DNA of 64,000 bases from Camelus ferus (taxonomy: Eukaryota). The notes under the pieces were generated by a model that was given only the letters and a program-made list of their open reading frames with translations, did not search any database and had not been told where the DNA came from. Shown here one piece after another: positions 27,538 through 38,300 of the stretch. Position 1 is the stretch's first letter; each line of letters starts with the position of its first letter. The position numbers and the translations under genes are program-made. Where the stretch lies: positions 121,956,001 to 122,020,000 of the forward strand of contig NC_045696.1 in the NCBI RefSeq assembly GCF_009834535.1, in the 5' to 3' direction.

Positions 27538-27723
27538 GGCATGGACATCCATATGGAATTAAAATGAGCCATCTTCAAACTAGTGTGCTCCTGCCACAGG
27601 AGCTGGAGGACTCCACCTCTCCGCCCCTCCAGGAGGACTTCCTCTTGGAGAAGAGGTCCCCAGAGGTTCCAGGCCAGTTCAACCTGAAGCCCAGACACCC
27701 AGCCACGAGCCAGCAGGGGAGAG
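27538..27723 (+). pseudogene. ARHGAP20: ARHGAP20-like exon G (186 nt, open), last recognisable exon
   Basis: cacacag|GG...AGAG|gtgagc; HGHPYGIKMSHLQTSVLLPQELEDSTSPPLQEDFLLEKRSPEVPGQFNLKPRHPATSQQGR vs human HEYPYGIKMSHLRDSALLTPGSKDSTTPFNLQEPFLMEQLPREMQCQFILKPSRLAAAQQLS. Confidence 0.95.
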
Positions 27724-30700
27724 GTGAGCCCCTTCCCTTCCTGCAAGTGTTTTCTCTTGGCTCACGTCTCTGCTCCTGAAACCAAAAACATGACACAGAG
27801 CTGCTTCTCCACGTGGGGGTGCAGGGACAGTACAGGTGGGTACCCAATACCCACCCAAGTTCAAGCTCAGAGAAATCCCAAAGGTCTGAAATCAAGACCC
27901 AACTCATGTCTAAGAGTGTTTAGCTTTTGGGTTTGTTTTCATTCCTCTAAGCAGACAGCTCCCTTCTCTGTGTCCTCAGAGCACTTCCTACATAAAATTA
28001 TGTGTCCACTATTGTGTGTCTTAATAAAACATGAGCTTCTTACAGCCTGGGAACACATCATACCCATCCCAGTGTTTTGTCCAGCATCTCAGACCCTCAC
28101 AGGAGGTGGTCAGATGACTGTTTGACTTAGACACACCTGGAATGGAAGAATTCCAGTGGTGCAGAGTTATGAAGTTGAACTGGATTCTATCCTGGCCTTA
28201 GGCTGAAGTGGCCTTGAGGGTTCTAGTTAGAACCAGACTCTGAATTCTACTTCCACAGCAAGCTCTCTTTCCATGGCCACTTAAGACTCAGGTTGCAACT
28301 GGAACCAGACTGAATGTTTATGGTTGTTGGTTTTTTTCTTATTATAATCTTCCCTCTTGCAATTCCCCCCCCTACCATTCCAATGTTGTCCCATTGATAT
28401 TTCTTTCTTTGAAGAAAATATGTTATTAATCTGGGAAATCTGCGGTGAGAGTAGAATTTGCCTTTCTGCTAAAAAAGAATTCTCATTTTTATGATTGTTA
28501 TTCTATAAGCACAAGGTTTCAAAATTTTTATTTTGTACTATTCAATCCCTAATTTTAGCACGAGGAAAACACTAACCTAAATCTTGCCAGGAAAGGCAAA
28601 GTTTAAGAAAGGCAAGGTTATAATAGTCTCCATATTTTTAATGCATATACCATATATTTTTACTGGTCAGAGGAAATATGAACTCTAATATCAAACAACG
28701 TACAGTATGAAAGGTCCTACTGAGTCTGAAAATATGTTTGTGGAAGTACACGACTCAGTTTCTCTCTGCTTTCTATGTTCAGAGTAGTTGAATGTATAGC
28801 TTTGTCACAAGGGGTAGAGCACTCTTCTTATGAGCATCCTGTTATGAAAGCTGAGGATTAAAGGATATAAGTTCCTATGTAAGCTGGCAAGTGGTAGATA
28901 CTTAATAAATGGTGGTCAATGATGTTCTACTGGTGGAAATATTATATGAACAAAGCAACCCCAACACTATTTCTTACTATCTGGTACAGGCCTGTGAGGG
29001 ATACCATGTAATGTGACATCTCATTCCTTTGCAAGATAGGAAGCTCCTTGCTGGATGCTAGGCATGAAGTTCTGGGGCAGAACAGGGTTCAGCGTTAAAC
29101 CTCCTTCTCAAGACTGGCGGGAATGTCCAAAGCTTGTGACAAAGGTGGGGTCTGAGCCAGACTTTGAGGGAGAGGAGAGAGTAGGGTGAACAGCAGGAAA
29201 GGAGAAGGCACTTTGGGGAAATGATGGATCCCTGGAGATAAAGAGGTGACTTTGTGACAGGGCGTAGGGAAGATTCTGAAGTGGCCACAGAGAAGGGCAA
29301 GTGCCCAGGAGAAGAGGACATGGGGGATGTCCCAGCACATGTGGAGAGCCCTTAGAACCCAGCTGGGGACTTAGGCTTCATTTTATAGGAAGCAGGGGAC
29401 CCCAAGATGATTCCTGAGCAGAGAATTGTCATGATGGAAAAGAGTCTGGTAGACAGTAGAGAGAAAGCATTCTGGATGGCTTGGAGAAGAGAGACTAAAA
29501 CCAGAGAGGCTAGTGAGTGAGTAGTTGCATTTCAGGAACACGGTGATGGGGACATGGACCAGAGCACCTGCAGCTACTGTAAGGAGGAACAAGAGACGTA
29601 GGTGCTGTGGGATGGAAAGTGAGAGTTTCCAACACCGTGCAGTGGGAGGGACGTCCCGTGTAATGAGGTCATGTCTTTTGTAGGTCCAGGAACATGGCAC
29701 AGAGGAAAGGTAGCTGGAAATGCCATCAGAATTGCAATCAATTGATTTATGCAAATGTTTAATTTCCCCTTTGTCTTCCCAAAAGGGAAGACTTATAATT
29801 TGCACAAAGGTGTTATTAATATCTAGAGCTTGGGAAAACAAAAGCGATGTTTAAACTTTGGACTTTTAAGTCTTCCAGTTTGCACTGCTCTCTGCCTTAC
29901 TAAATTCACCACACTGGGGACTGATGATCTGCAAGCCTCTCTCTCCACTCACTTTTCCTCTTGATAAAACATTAAATCAGTACATTTCCCACCCCATCAC
30001 TACCCCTCCCTTTTCCTGTCTATAAAGAGTTTTTTCTGGTAACTGAAATTCTGTTTAAATATGATAGAGTTCTCAAGGGAGAAATGGCTGCAGTTATGAT
30101 ATTTCAAATCGTTAGATTTTGAGACTTTAAGTGGTTAAATAGGTGCCTGTTAAGAGTTTATAATTCAAAATGCTTTCATCGTGTGGGCATGGGGCAGAGG
30201 CAGACCTAGGGCAGGTTCACTGGGGGGTGAGGAGGGCTTAGCCTGGGCTCTCACTGGAGGCTGCGCTGGCGGCTCCAGTTAAATCTTAAATGCACATCTA
30301 GGAACTTGTGAATGGCAAGTATGTTTGCTGCTTACTCATCCGAGCCATATTTTGTATTTTTGGCCCCCTTTGCTGGTGCTGTTGGAATGGTTAGTGTGTG
30401 AGTACACATGTGGGAAGACGGGCTGTGTATGGGAATTACAGGGGCATGGGAACTACATTTGGGCAAGAATATTCCAGGTCAGTGTTTCTCAAACTTCTTT
30501 TTTCACCATCAACCCCCATCTCCCATCCCAAGGCCTCTTCGACATTTTTTTCCTAATTTCCCCCTATTACTAAATTTCAGTATCAAAGACATGCAGTATA
30601 TTAGTTTATGTACTTAGTGTATATCTGTACTTTAGCCATAAAAAGAGTAATCATTTCTGCTTTCCCAACCAGTTGTCTCCCCCTAGGAGAGAGATCTTCC

Positions 30701-30802
30701 CTGTAGAGGGTGTATGTTTCATTGGAGTAGAAACTTACGTGTCTCCATCATGTGCTGTATTGATGATAACTACAAAGAGATGAATAAACTCAAAGGAGGG
30801 GC

Positions 30803-31280
30803 AGTGGGTTGAATAGTGTCCCCAGAAGGATATGCCTCCATTCTCATCCCAGAACCATTGACTGTTACCGTATTACCAAAGGTTGTCTTTTTTACCAAAC
30901 ACCAATTCTTTAACCAAATTACATTTGCTAGTAAAATTAAACTAAGACTCCAGGGATAAGATCATCCTGGGTGGTCAGTGTTGGCCCTAAATCCAAAGAC
31001 AACTGTCCTAATAACAGACACAGGGAGGAGAGACACAGACACAAGGGAGAAAGGCCCTGGAAAGATGGAGGCAGAGACTGGAGGGACGCTGCTGCAAGCC
31101 GAGGAGTGCTTGGGGCCTCTAGAAGGGATGCGTCAGGCTACTGGGAAACCTCCCCTCCGGGTTTTAGAAGGAGCCCCATCCTGCTGACACATGGATTTCA
31201 GGCTTCTGGTCTCCAGGACTAAGAGGGAGGACATTTCTGTTGTTTTAAGCTACTCAATTGGTGGTAATTTGAGGGGAGCA
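30803..31280 (+). mobile_element. MaLR LTR (MLT1-like)
   Basis: gggttgaatagtgtcccc...ggccctaaatcc...gatggaggcagagactgga...tttctgttgttttaagc. Confidence 0.85.
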
Positions 31281-31699
31281 TGGTCAACTGTCCATCAGAG
31301 AGTATGAGGAAATCTCTAGAGGACATAGCTTTGAGCTGTTCTAGATAAATAGGAGTTTGGCAGGTAAAGAAGAGGGAGAGGATTTAGCAGAAAGAACAGG
31401 ACATGGAAATAGATGAAAGGCAATGAGGACGTGGAGGTACTCACTTCCCGCTTCAGTTCTCCCTGACCTACACAGACATTTGAAAGACCTGCAGAGTTTA
31501 ATGCTGGACCCTTTTTAGTCTCTGTTTATTGTATCCACTGAAGTGAGCTCATCCTTTTCAGAATCCTTCTACATGTTGGTGACTCCCAAATGTTTATCTT
31601 CAGACCTGACCTGCCACCTGACTTCTGAATGATCTTGGTTACCTACCTCTAATATAGGCCCACTATTACTCTGAAATCTGGGTAGACAGCAGCTTATAC

Positions 31700-32300
31700 A
31701 TGTGTCCCCGCCCTAAGCACGCGGCCCCGCCCACAGGCCACGAAAGCCAATCCGCGCGCACTGCCCAGCCCCGCCCTTGCACCCTCCTCTGCTGGGCCCC
31801 TCCCTCCGCCCACCCAATGGTCACTTCATCAGGTGGGCAGGCGGCAGTTGGTCAAGTGGGTGGCGGCTCTGCGGGTCTCCCCGGGGGGTGGGGGGGGGCG
31901 GCCCTGCTCCCAACCGCCAGCGGCGGCGGCCACGGAGCTTCGTGTCCGGCATGGCGGAGGCGGGCGCGGGCCCCGAGGTGGTCCGCGGGCAGGTGCTCAA
32001 CACGGGCCGCGCTCCAGCAACCTGCGATCTGGGTGAGGGCTCCCACAGCGCGCTGTGGTGAGTGTCCGCCCCCGCCTGGCCTCGGCGGACGCAGCTGAGC
32101 CATCGGGCCCGGCCCCGAGACCCCAATCCCGAGCCCGGCCCCGACCCCAGTCGGGCTGTCCCGCCGTCCATGCGCCGCGGGTGTCGGGGGGAGGGGTAGG
32201 GGCCGGGAGCCCGGCACCCAGGGACCCCCCCCAGAACGGGAACAAGGCTCCCCAGCCCTGTGTGCTGGCCTCGCAGCCTAACCCTTGACGTCCCACTGTG
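31700..32300 (+). promoter_or_regulatory. CpG island: MAPK1-derived TATA-less promoter, 5'UTR and start of intron 1
   Basis: Dense CpG; three CCCCGCCC GC boxes (~31706, ~31725, ~31769); CCAAT at 31747-31751; gcccctccctccgccc...ggcaggcggcagttggtcaagtgggtggcggctct resembles the MAPK1 mRNA 5' end. Confidence 0.8.
31951..32057 (+). pseudogene. MAPK1: Duplicated, degenerate MAPK1 (ERK2) coding exon 1 with intact splice donor
   Basis: MAEAGAGPEVVRGQVLNTGRAPATCDLGEGSHSAL-TG|gtgagt vs MAPK1 [41 protein letters not shown]|gt; same phase-2 boundary followed by intron-like GC-rich sequence, so it is a genomic rather than retroposed copy; no exon 2 seen in the window. Confidence 0.92.
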
Positions 32301-35300
32301 AAGCTGGGAAGTCCTTCAGATGCTTGCAGCCGCAGCCGCAGTCTGGAAAGCGGTTGGCAGGGGCCTGTGTGCACAGCCCTGAAATCATTGTCTTGTCTGC
32401 CGCCCTCGTCTGCGTTTTCCATGAGCGGCTTTGGTTCAGCACTTTCCCTGGCGCCAGTGGAAATTGCCCATCACGTCCAGGCCCTTAGAAGAAATTAATG
32501 CTTAAATGTGTACTGAGAAAAGTCCTTAGTTTCATGACATGTCAGTTGAGAAGTTTTTTGTTCTTGTTTTTTTTTAATCTGTTAACAATTTTTCCTAGCC
32601 TTAAGTTGATTTAGATCTGATAACTTTCTATCACGGCTGTCAACTTACATGACATGTCTCTCTTAGATGAAATGTCAAGTCTTAGTGTAATTTTTTTTTC
32701 CCTTTCTTAAGTAAGATCCAAGTACAAATAATGGATTGGAATCCTGGGTCCAGATGATAGCTTTTAATCTTCAGGTTGATGATATTTAATATAAGTTTAA
32801 TCCATATTGTGCTTTATTAGTATTTAGTAAATGTTGGTTAACAGTGCTGGGTTTATAAAGGATTTCTTGATTGAAATATTAATGATATTTAAATAACTGA
32901 TATATTTAACTTATTTAATTTTTCTAATTGAGATGTAGTCACAATGTGTCAATTTCTGGTATACATCATAGTTTGTCATACATATATGTACATACACATA
33001 TATTTGGCTTCATATTCTTTTTCGCTAAAGGTTACTATAAGATATTGAGTATAGTTCCCTGTGCTATAGAGAAGAAATTTGTTTTTTGTCTATTTTTATT
33101 TTATTTTATCTTCTTGATTTCTTGATTGAAATGTTAATAATATTTGAGTCACTGATATTTTTTAAAGCTTGATGTTTCCAGAAGGACTTAAAGATTTTGA
33201 GGAAGAAAATTTTTTTTCATTTTCTGAATCTGTTCAGTAGGAATTTTGCCTTTTCTGTACAAAGTTCTTTCCTAATCATTATGTAGAGGATATAAAGAGT
33301 GGAGTCTGAATTGAGCCTTTCCGAGTGGGTGTGGTTTTGATAGGAAGACAATAAGTGCAAGTGACAATCTAAGCTGTGGAATCCAATCCTGGAAAAGGAC
33401 TTAGGTGGCAAATTGTGGAGGACTCTGTAGGCAGAACGGAGTTTGATTTTATATCTGTGCGATGGAGAAGCATCAGAGTTTTTGAGAAGAAGCAGGCGCA
33501 TGATCAGTTTTGAGATTTTTTGGAGAACCTACATGAACACTGGTGGAAATGACAGGAGAAAACTGAGGTGGAGAATCAGGCTTTGTGACCTTCTGGAGGT
33601 GAAGTGATGTAGTGGCATGGAAGATGGAGATGTTAGAGTCAGTAACGGAGTCTTGTCAGAGGAGTAGTGGACTTTTCATCATGGCAGGTATGGGATGAAT
33701 CAAAGGATGATGAGGTCTTACAGGGTAAGATGCTGAAGAGGAATTTGGATTTGGGAGAGATTCTAAGACAGGACCTGGTGATGTGGTATGGGGAAGGTTG
33801 TTAATTCCAAGGCTTCTAGCTTAGGGGCATGGTGGTTCCTTTCTGTAACATTCCTTGTTAGAGGAGGAATGCTGTAGGCAGAGGAGGTTTGTTAAGGAGA
33901 AATAGTGAGTTCTGGTTTGGACTCGTTAAGTTTAGGATGCTGTTGGCCCTTTAGGCTATATCCAGAAGGCATCCTGAAAATAAGAGGGACGTAGAATCTG
34001 GAGATGAAAATTTGTGTAAGTGGTAGTCTGGTGTGGATGAACACAGATTCTTATTTGAGATCATAGGTTAGGTGATATTGCATGCATATATTATGCGTGT
34101 TTATCTCTTTAGTAGAGAATCTGTAGGGTTCAGTACATTTTCAAAGTGTTCATTATCCCAGAGAGATTAAGAAGCAGTGAGACAGAACAAAAGAGCGAAG
34201 AAGGAACCTTGGCAAGCAAGTAGTTTTAAGAGGTGGGAAAAGGAAGAGGAAGCTGAGGACTGGTGAGATGTGTAAGACTTGGGGAAAAGGGAAAAATGGT
34301 ATGAAAGAGAGAAGTTCAAGTTGTATGTTTCATCATCTAATTAAGTATCTATGTTGGATAAATTCAGCTTGAAACATGTTCTGAATGTGACTGAGAGATT
34401 GTGAGGTCATCTCCATAGAGATCGTAATTGAAGCCTTGAGAAGGGACAAGATGAGAAAAAACGTGTGAGTTGAGCTGAAGGAATGCCTGAATTTAGGTGT
34501 CCAGAGCAGGCAAGCTACAGAGGAGGAGGAGGAGGTGTGGTCAGAGACCAGAGACCTGGGAGTCCACATTGTCAGCGGAGCTGGGGGACACAGTGGTCAT
34601 AGGGATCAGTAGTGAGGACTGTAGAGAGCACGGTTCAGTGGGAGGACAAACTGTTGGGTTTGTTGACGTTCAGCTCTCCTAAAAACATAGTTTTAACCAA
34701 AATTCCATTGTGCTGACATTCCTGATGATACAGTGTCTCGTCCTGTTAAGGTGTCTGTGACTCTGGCAGGCCAGTCAGAACTGCCATTTAGTCAGCGCTT
34801 TCTGTTACTTTTGTTTTATTTTAAGCAGATATTAATCAGTCCTCTTACCCACATTGCAGGGGTGATTCCTTTCAGTAAGTGGAAATTTGAGACCCAGCGA
34901 GGTTACTTAATTTGCCCACAGATACCCAACTAGGAAGTGGTAGAGCATCTCTGTCTGGTTCTTAAGTGATGCTCAACCAAAGATCAGAGTTGAAAAAAAT
35001 ACATGCTTTCAATAGTAGAAAATATCTATTGTCTGCTTTCTGTGTGATTTGCTTTGTTAGCCTTTTACAAAAACCTTCCATGCAAGGTCATTCACTTAGA
35101 ATTCATTGAGCACCAGTTCCCTGCAAGGACTCAAGGGGCGCCTGCCCTTCAGTAGCTCCTGCTGCAGACAGTGGGATGCAGTTGGGTGGGAGCACAGAAG
35201 ACCCGTGGGGAGGGCTGTGAGGGCAGAAGGCCGAGGTGGCGTGGGGCTGCCTGTGTCTGGCTTCACAAACCTTGGCGCTGGGTGTGGATGTACGACCGGG

Positions 35301-38300
35301 AGTTTGCCTTGAGCCGTGCTCTCCAGGTAGAGCAGAATGCACATGCCTGGGCACAGAGGTCTGAGCGTGGCACATCTGGTCAGGGAAACCAGGAGTTGTC
35401 TGGGAAGGGAGGGTGTGGGTGGGTACCTTGGGGAGAGAGCTGGAGGGGAGGCAGCTGGGATGGGTAGGGCTGAGTTCTGAAGGTCTTTGTTTTCTAAGGA
35501 GCTGGGACTTGAGTTGGTAGGTGAAAACCACTGAAGGATGCCCTTTTTCTGCTGGCTCCTCATCAGATTTTGTGTTTCCCTTGTTGTCTCTCTTTGACTT
35601 CCTACCCTCTGTGCTTGTTCTGTCTTCTTTCTGGTTACTTAGGGGTACTCAGTGGGTGTGATTTTCCCGTCTCCTGGGGCATTTTGACATGTATGTGGAT
35701 TTTGTTTTGCTTTTTGTTGTTACGTTGATTGGAGGTGTTACTGGCCTTCGGTGTGCATGTGGTGTGGAGGTGGACGTGCCCAGTGACCCACATGCAGTGC
35801 GCACACGGCAGTCAGTCCCTGCACCGGAGAAGCGTCCTGTTAAGATGCCAGTGGTGTTCCCCTCCAGCCCATACCCAAGAATGGATGGGCCCTGGGCAGG
35901 TCCTGCCTCTCTCTGAGATTCATCTCCTCCATGACCTTGCCCTTGTTACTCTCTGCTCTAGCCCTTCTCCAATCCCTCCCCGGAACTTTGCTGGGTTTTG
36001 GTACCACCTGTTTGAAAGGCAGGACCAGCAGTAGTATAAATCCTCTACAGACATTCCGGACCAGATTCCTAGTTGTGCTGGTTTAACTGTTAATGTAACT
36101 TTTAATAAAAAAAAAAATGTCTCTTGTATGGTTTTTGGAGCTCAAAGTTGTGAGGAGGCCATCTCACATGAGCAACAGAACATCCAGAGTTTCTGAACAG
36201 ATTCGAGTGCAAGTAAAATGCAGACAGAATTCATTTTGGTGTCAGTAACATCCCTAATAGTGTGCTCCTGGTGGTGGCTGTAATTGGCTATAATATATAT
36301 GCCATTCTGCTGAATTTAAGTTGTATGTTCTCAGTTCTCAAGCATAAGTAAAAAGGTGTTTTTGAAAGGCATCGAAGTTGAGTTTTCCGGGAACTCTGTA
36401 TAGTTTATTCCTCACCTTACTCACAGTAAGGTACCTGCTAAGTAGAAAACAACCAAATTCCCCGACAGACATCTCCAGCTACCCGACCCCGCATCCAGCC
36501 TGCTCTGCCCGGCCCCCCACCCCCGCCTGACCCTGAGATGCTCTTTCTTCCTCTTTGCTTCTGTTTCCTCTTTCACTTCTTAAGGCTCCCATACATTGGA
36601 AAGCCAACAGGATGTTCTCCAAGTTCTCTCTCAGGTGCACAGTCTTAGGGCAGGCTCTGGGCTCTGAATCCGGCCATGGCTGGTGGGAGCTGGGGGTGGG
36701 GTCTAGGGGTGAGATCTGCGTGGACTTCACCGTGACCAGCTGACTAGTGTTAGTTGGAAGCTTGCCTTAGGTGCTATGGTTTCAAACTCATTTTCATATT
36801 CACCTTTGAGGTTTTTTTTTTTTTTTTTTTTTTTTAGCTTACAGATAAGGAAACTGGGTCTCAGGTAACTTGTCTAGGGTTCAGAGCCAGTAAATGTACA
36901 GCAGAACTGAGATTTGTTTAGACCTCAAAACGGAGTAATGTCTTTTCCCCTGAACTACTATAGACTTTCCTGTGTTACAGCGAGTTACCTGGAAACATGC
37001 TTCCTGCAGCCTGGGTTCCTGAGTTTGTTGGCACCAAGGTATAAAAAGATGATTGTCATGACCAGCTTGGGCCTGTTGTGGAGATGCAAGAGGGAGGAAC
37101 CAGAAACTTGGAAGGGGTGAGGGAGGTAGGGTCAAAGCAGCTTCACATTTCTCAGAAGGGTGTTTACCTGTGTTTATCCTTGTCACTCCTCTGTCCCCCA
37201 TCAGTTTCTTGATTTTCATTCATTTAGTAACGTTATTGAGCGTGTACCTGGCTTGTGTGCTAAGCAATAGGACTGAAGTAGTTTTTACACTTTGGTGTTT
37301 ACAGCCTAACAGTAAAGTAATCCCATTTACTGAATATGGTGAGGTGCAGAGTGCTCCCTTTTCTACCCATAAAAAGTGGAGAAAAGTTTTTGTGGAGTAG
37401 TCTGGGAGGGTTTCCTGGAGGAAGTGCTCTTTAAGCTGGGACCTGGAGAATGACGTGGAGCTAGCTGAGGGAAAGGTGGGGAAGGGTGCTAAAGCATTTG
37501 AGGCACGGCTTGTAGAAAATGAACTGTCGAAATTGGGGAGTTTGTGATTCAGATCCAGGGCTGTTTCTGATGGTGTTGCAGGGACAGGAAGAGCAGTTAG
37601 TTTCAGGTATGGACGTAACCAGGAACTAAAAGTGAGACCAAGGCAGCTACTCCCCTCCCTCTTTACATTTACAAAATCTTGTTGCAGCCTGCATCTCTGC
37701 ACAGCTGTTTTGTTGTTGTTGGTTTTTTTTTTCTGTGTTCACTTTTACCACATCCCCATGCACTTGGCAGAAGAGAGCTGACCCTAGCTGCCCAGAGGTG
37801 TGTGTCTTCAGAGCACTCTGACTCCTGAGGGAAAGGATCTGATCCAGCTTGGGCCAGTGTCCACCACTGGTTGTTTCAGCAGGAGAGGGGCTTTGGGTGG
37901 CTTTTAGGGCTCTTCTGCCTTCCTGTCTCTGGTGGTGTGGAGGTGGCAGTCAAGCTGGGCGGCATTCTTTACAATCTCTGTAATACTGGATACATGTATA
38001 ACATGTGAGTCCTGCAGCCTAACAGTAAACATCCAGGAACCCACTACCGACTGACTGACTTCAGAACAGGTTATCTGGGCCCATGTTCTGATCCGTGGCT
38101 GGGCATCTGTACAATAGAGCGGGTGAGAGTCTGGGCTCTGGACACCTGTCTGTGACCTGAGCTTGTTCTTCTGTCCTGTGGAGAAGGGGTAGCGATACCC
38201 ACCTCAGGGCTCGGAGGATTGGGTGAAACACACAGGTGAGCGCTGAGCCCTAGGCCTCGGGTTAGTGCTCTGGTCGTCACTCCCTGGAAGTGAGTGGGCC

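Larger units (their letters stand above)
15024..27723 (+). pseudogene. ARHGAP20: Unprocessed, truncated ARHGAP20-like pseudogene (7 consecutive exons: PH-domain and Ras-association regions; no RhoGAP exons found)
   Basis: Seven spaced exons translate to peptides collinear with human ARHGAP20 (e.g. LGWPTVNFVATF, YINLAKEKDQPKCIPLKI, QLWVSSGK..YPLIG, PYGIKMSHL) with consistent intron phases. Lesions: stop codon, frameshift, one dead acceptor, one dead donor. It is a paralogous copy, not the orthologous gene. Confidence 0.92.

Noticed and set aside
31700..32498. Many overlapping ORFs around the first CpG island
   Set aside because: Only 31951-32057 has homology (MAPK1); the rest reflect the scarcity of stops in GC-rich DNA.
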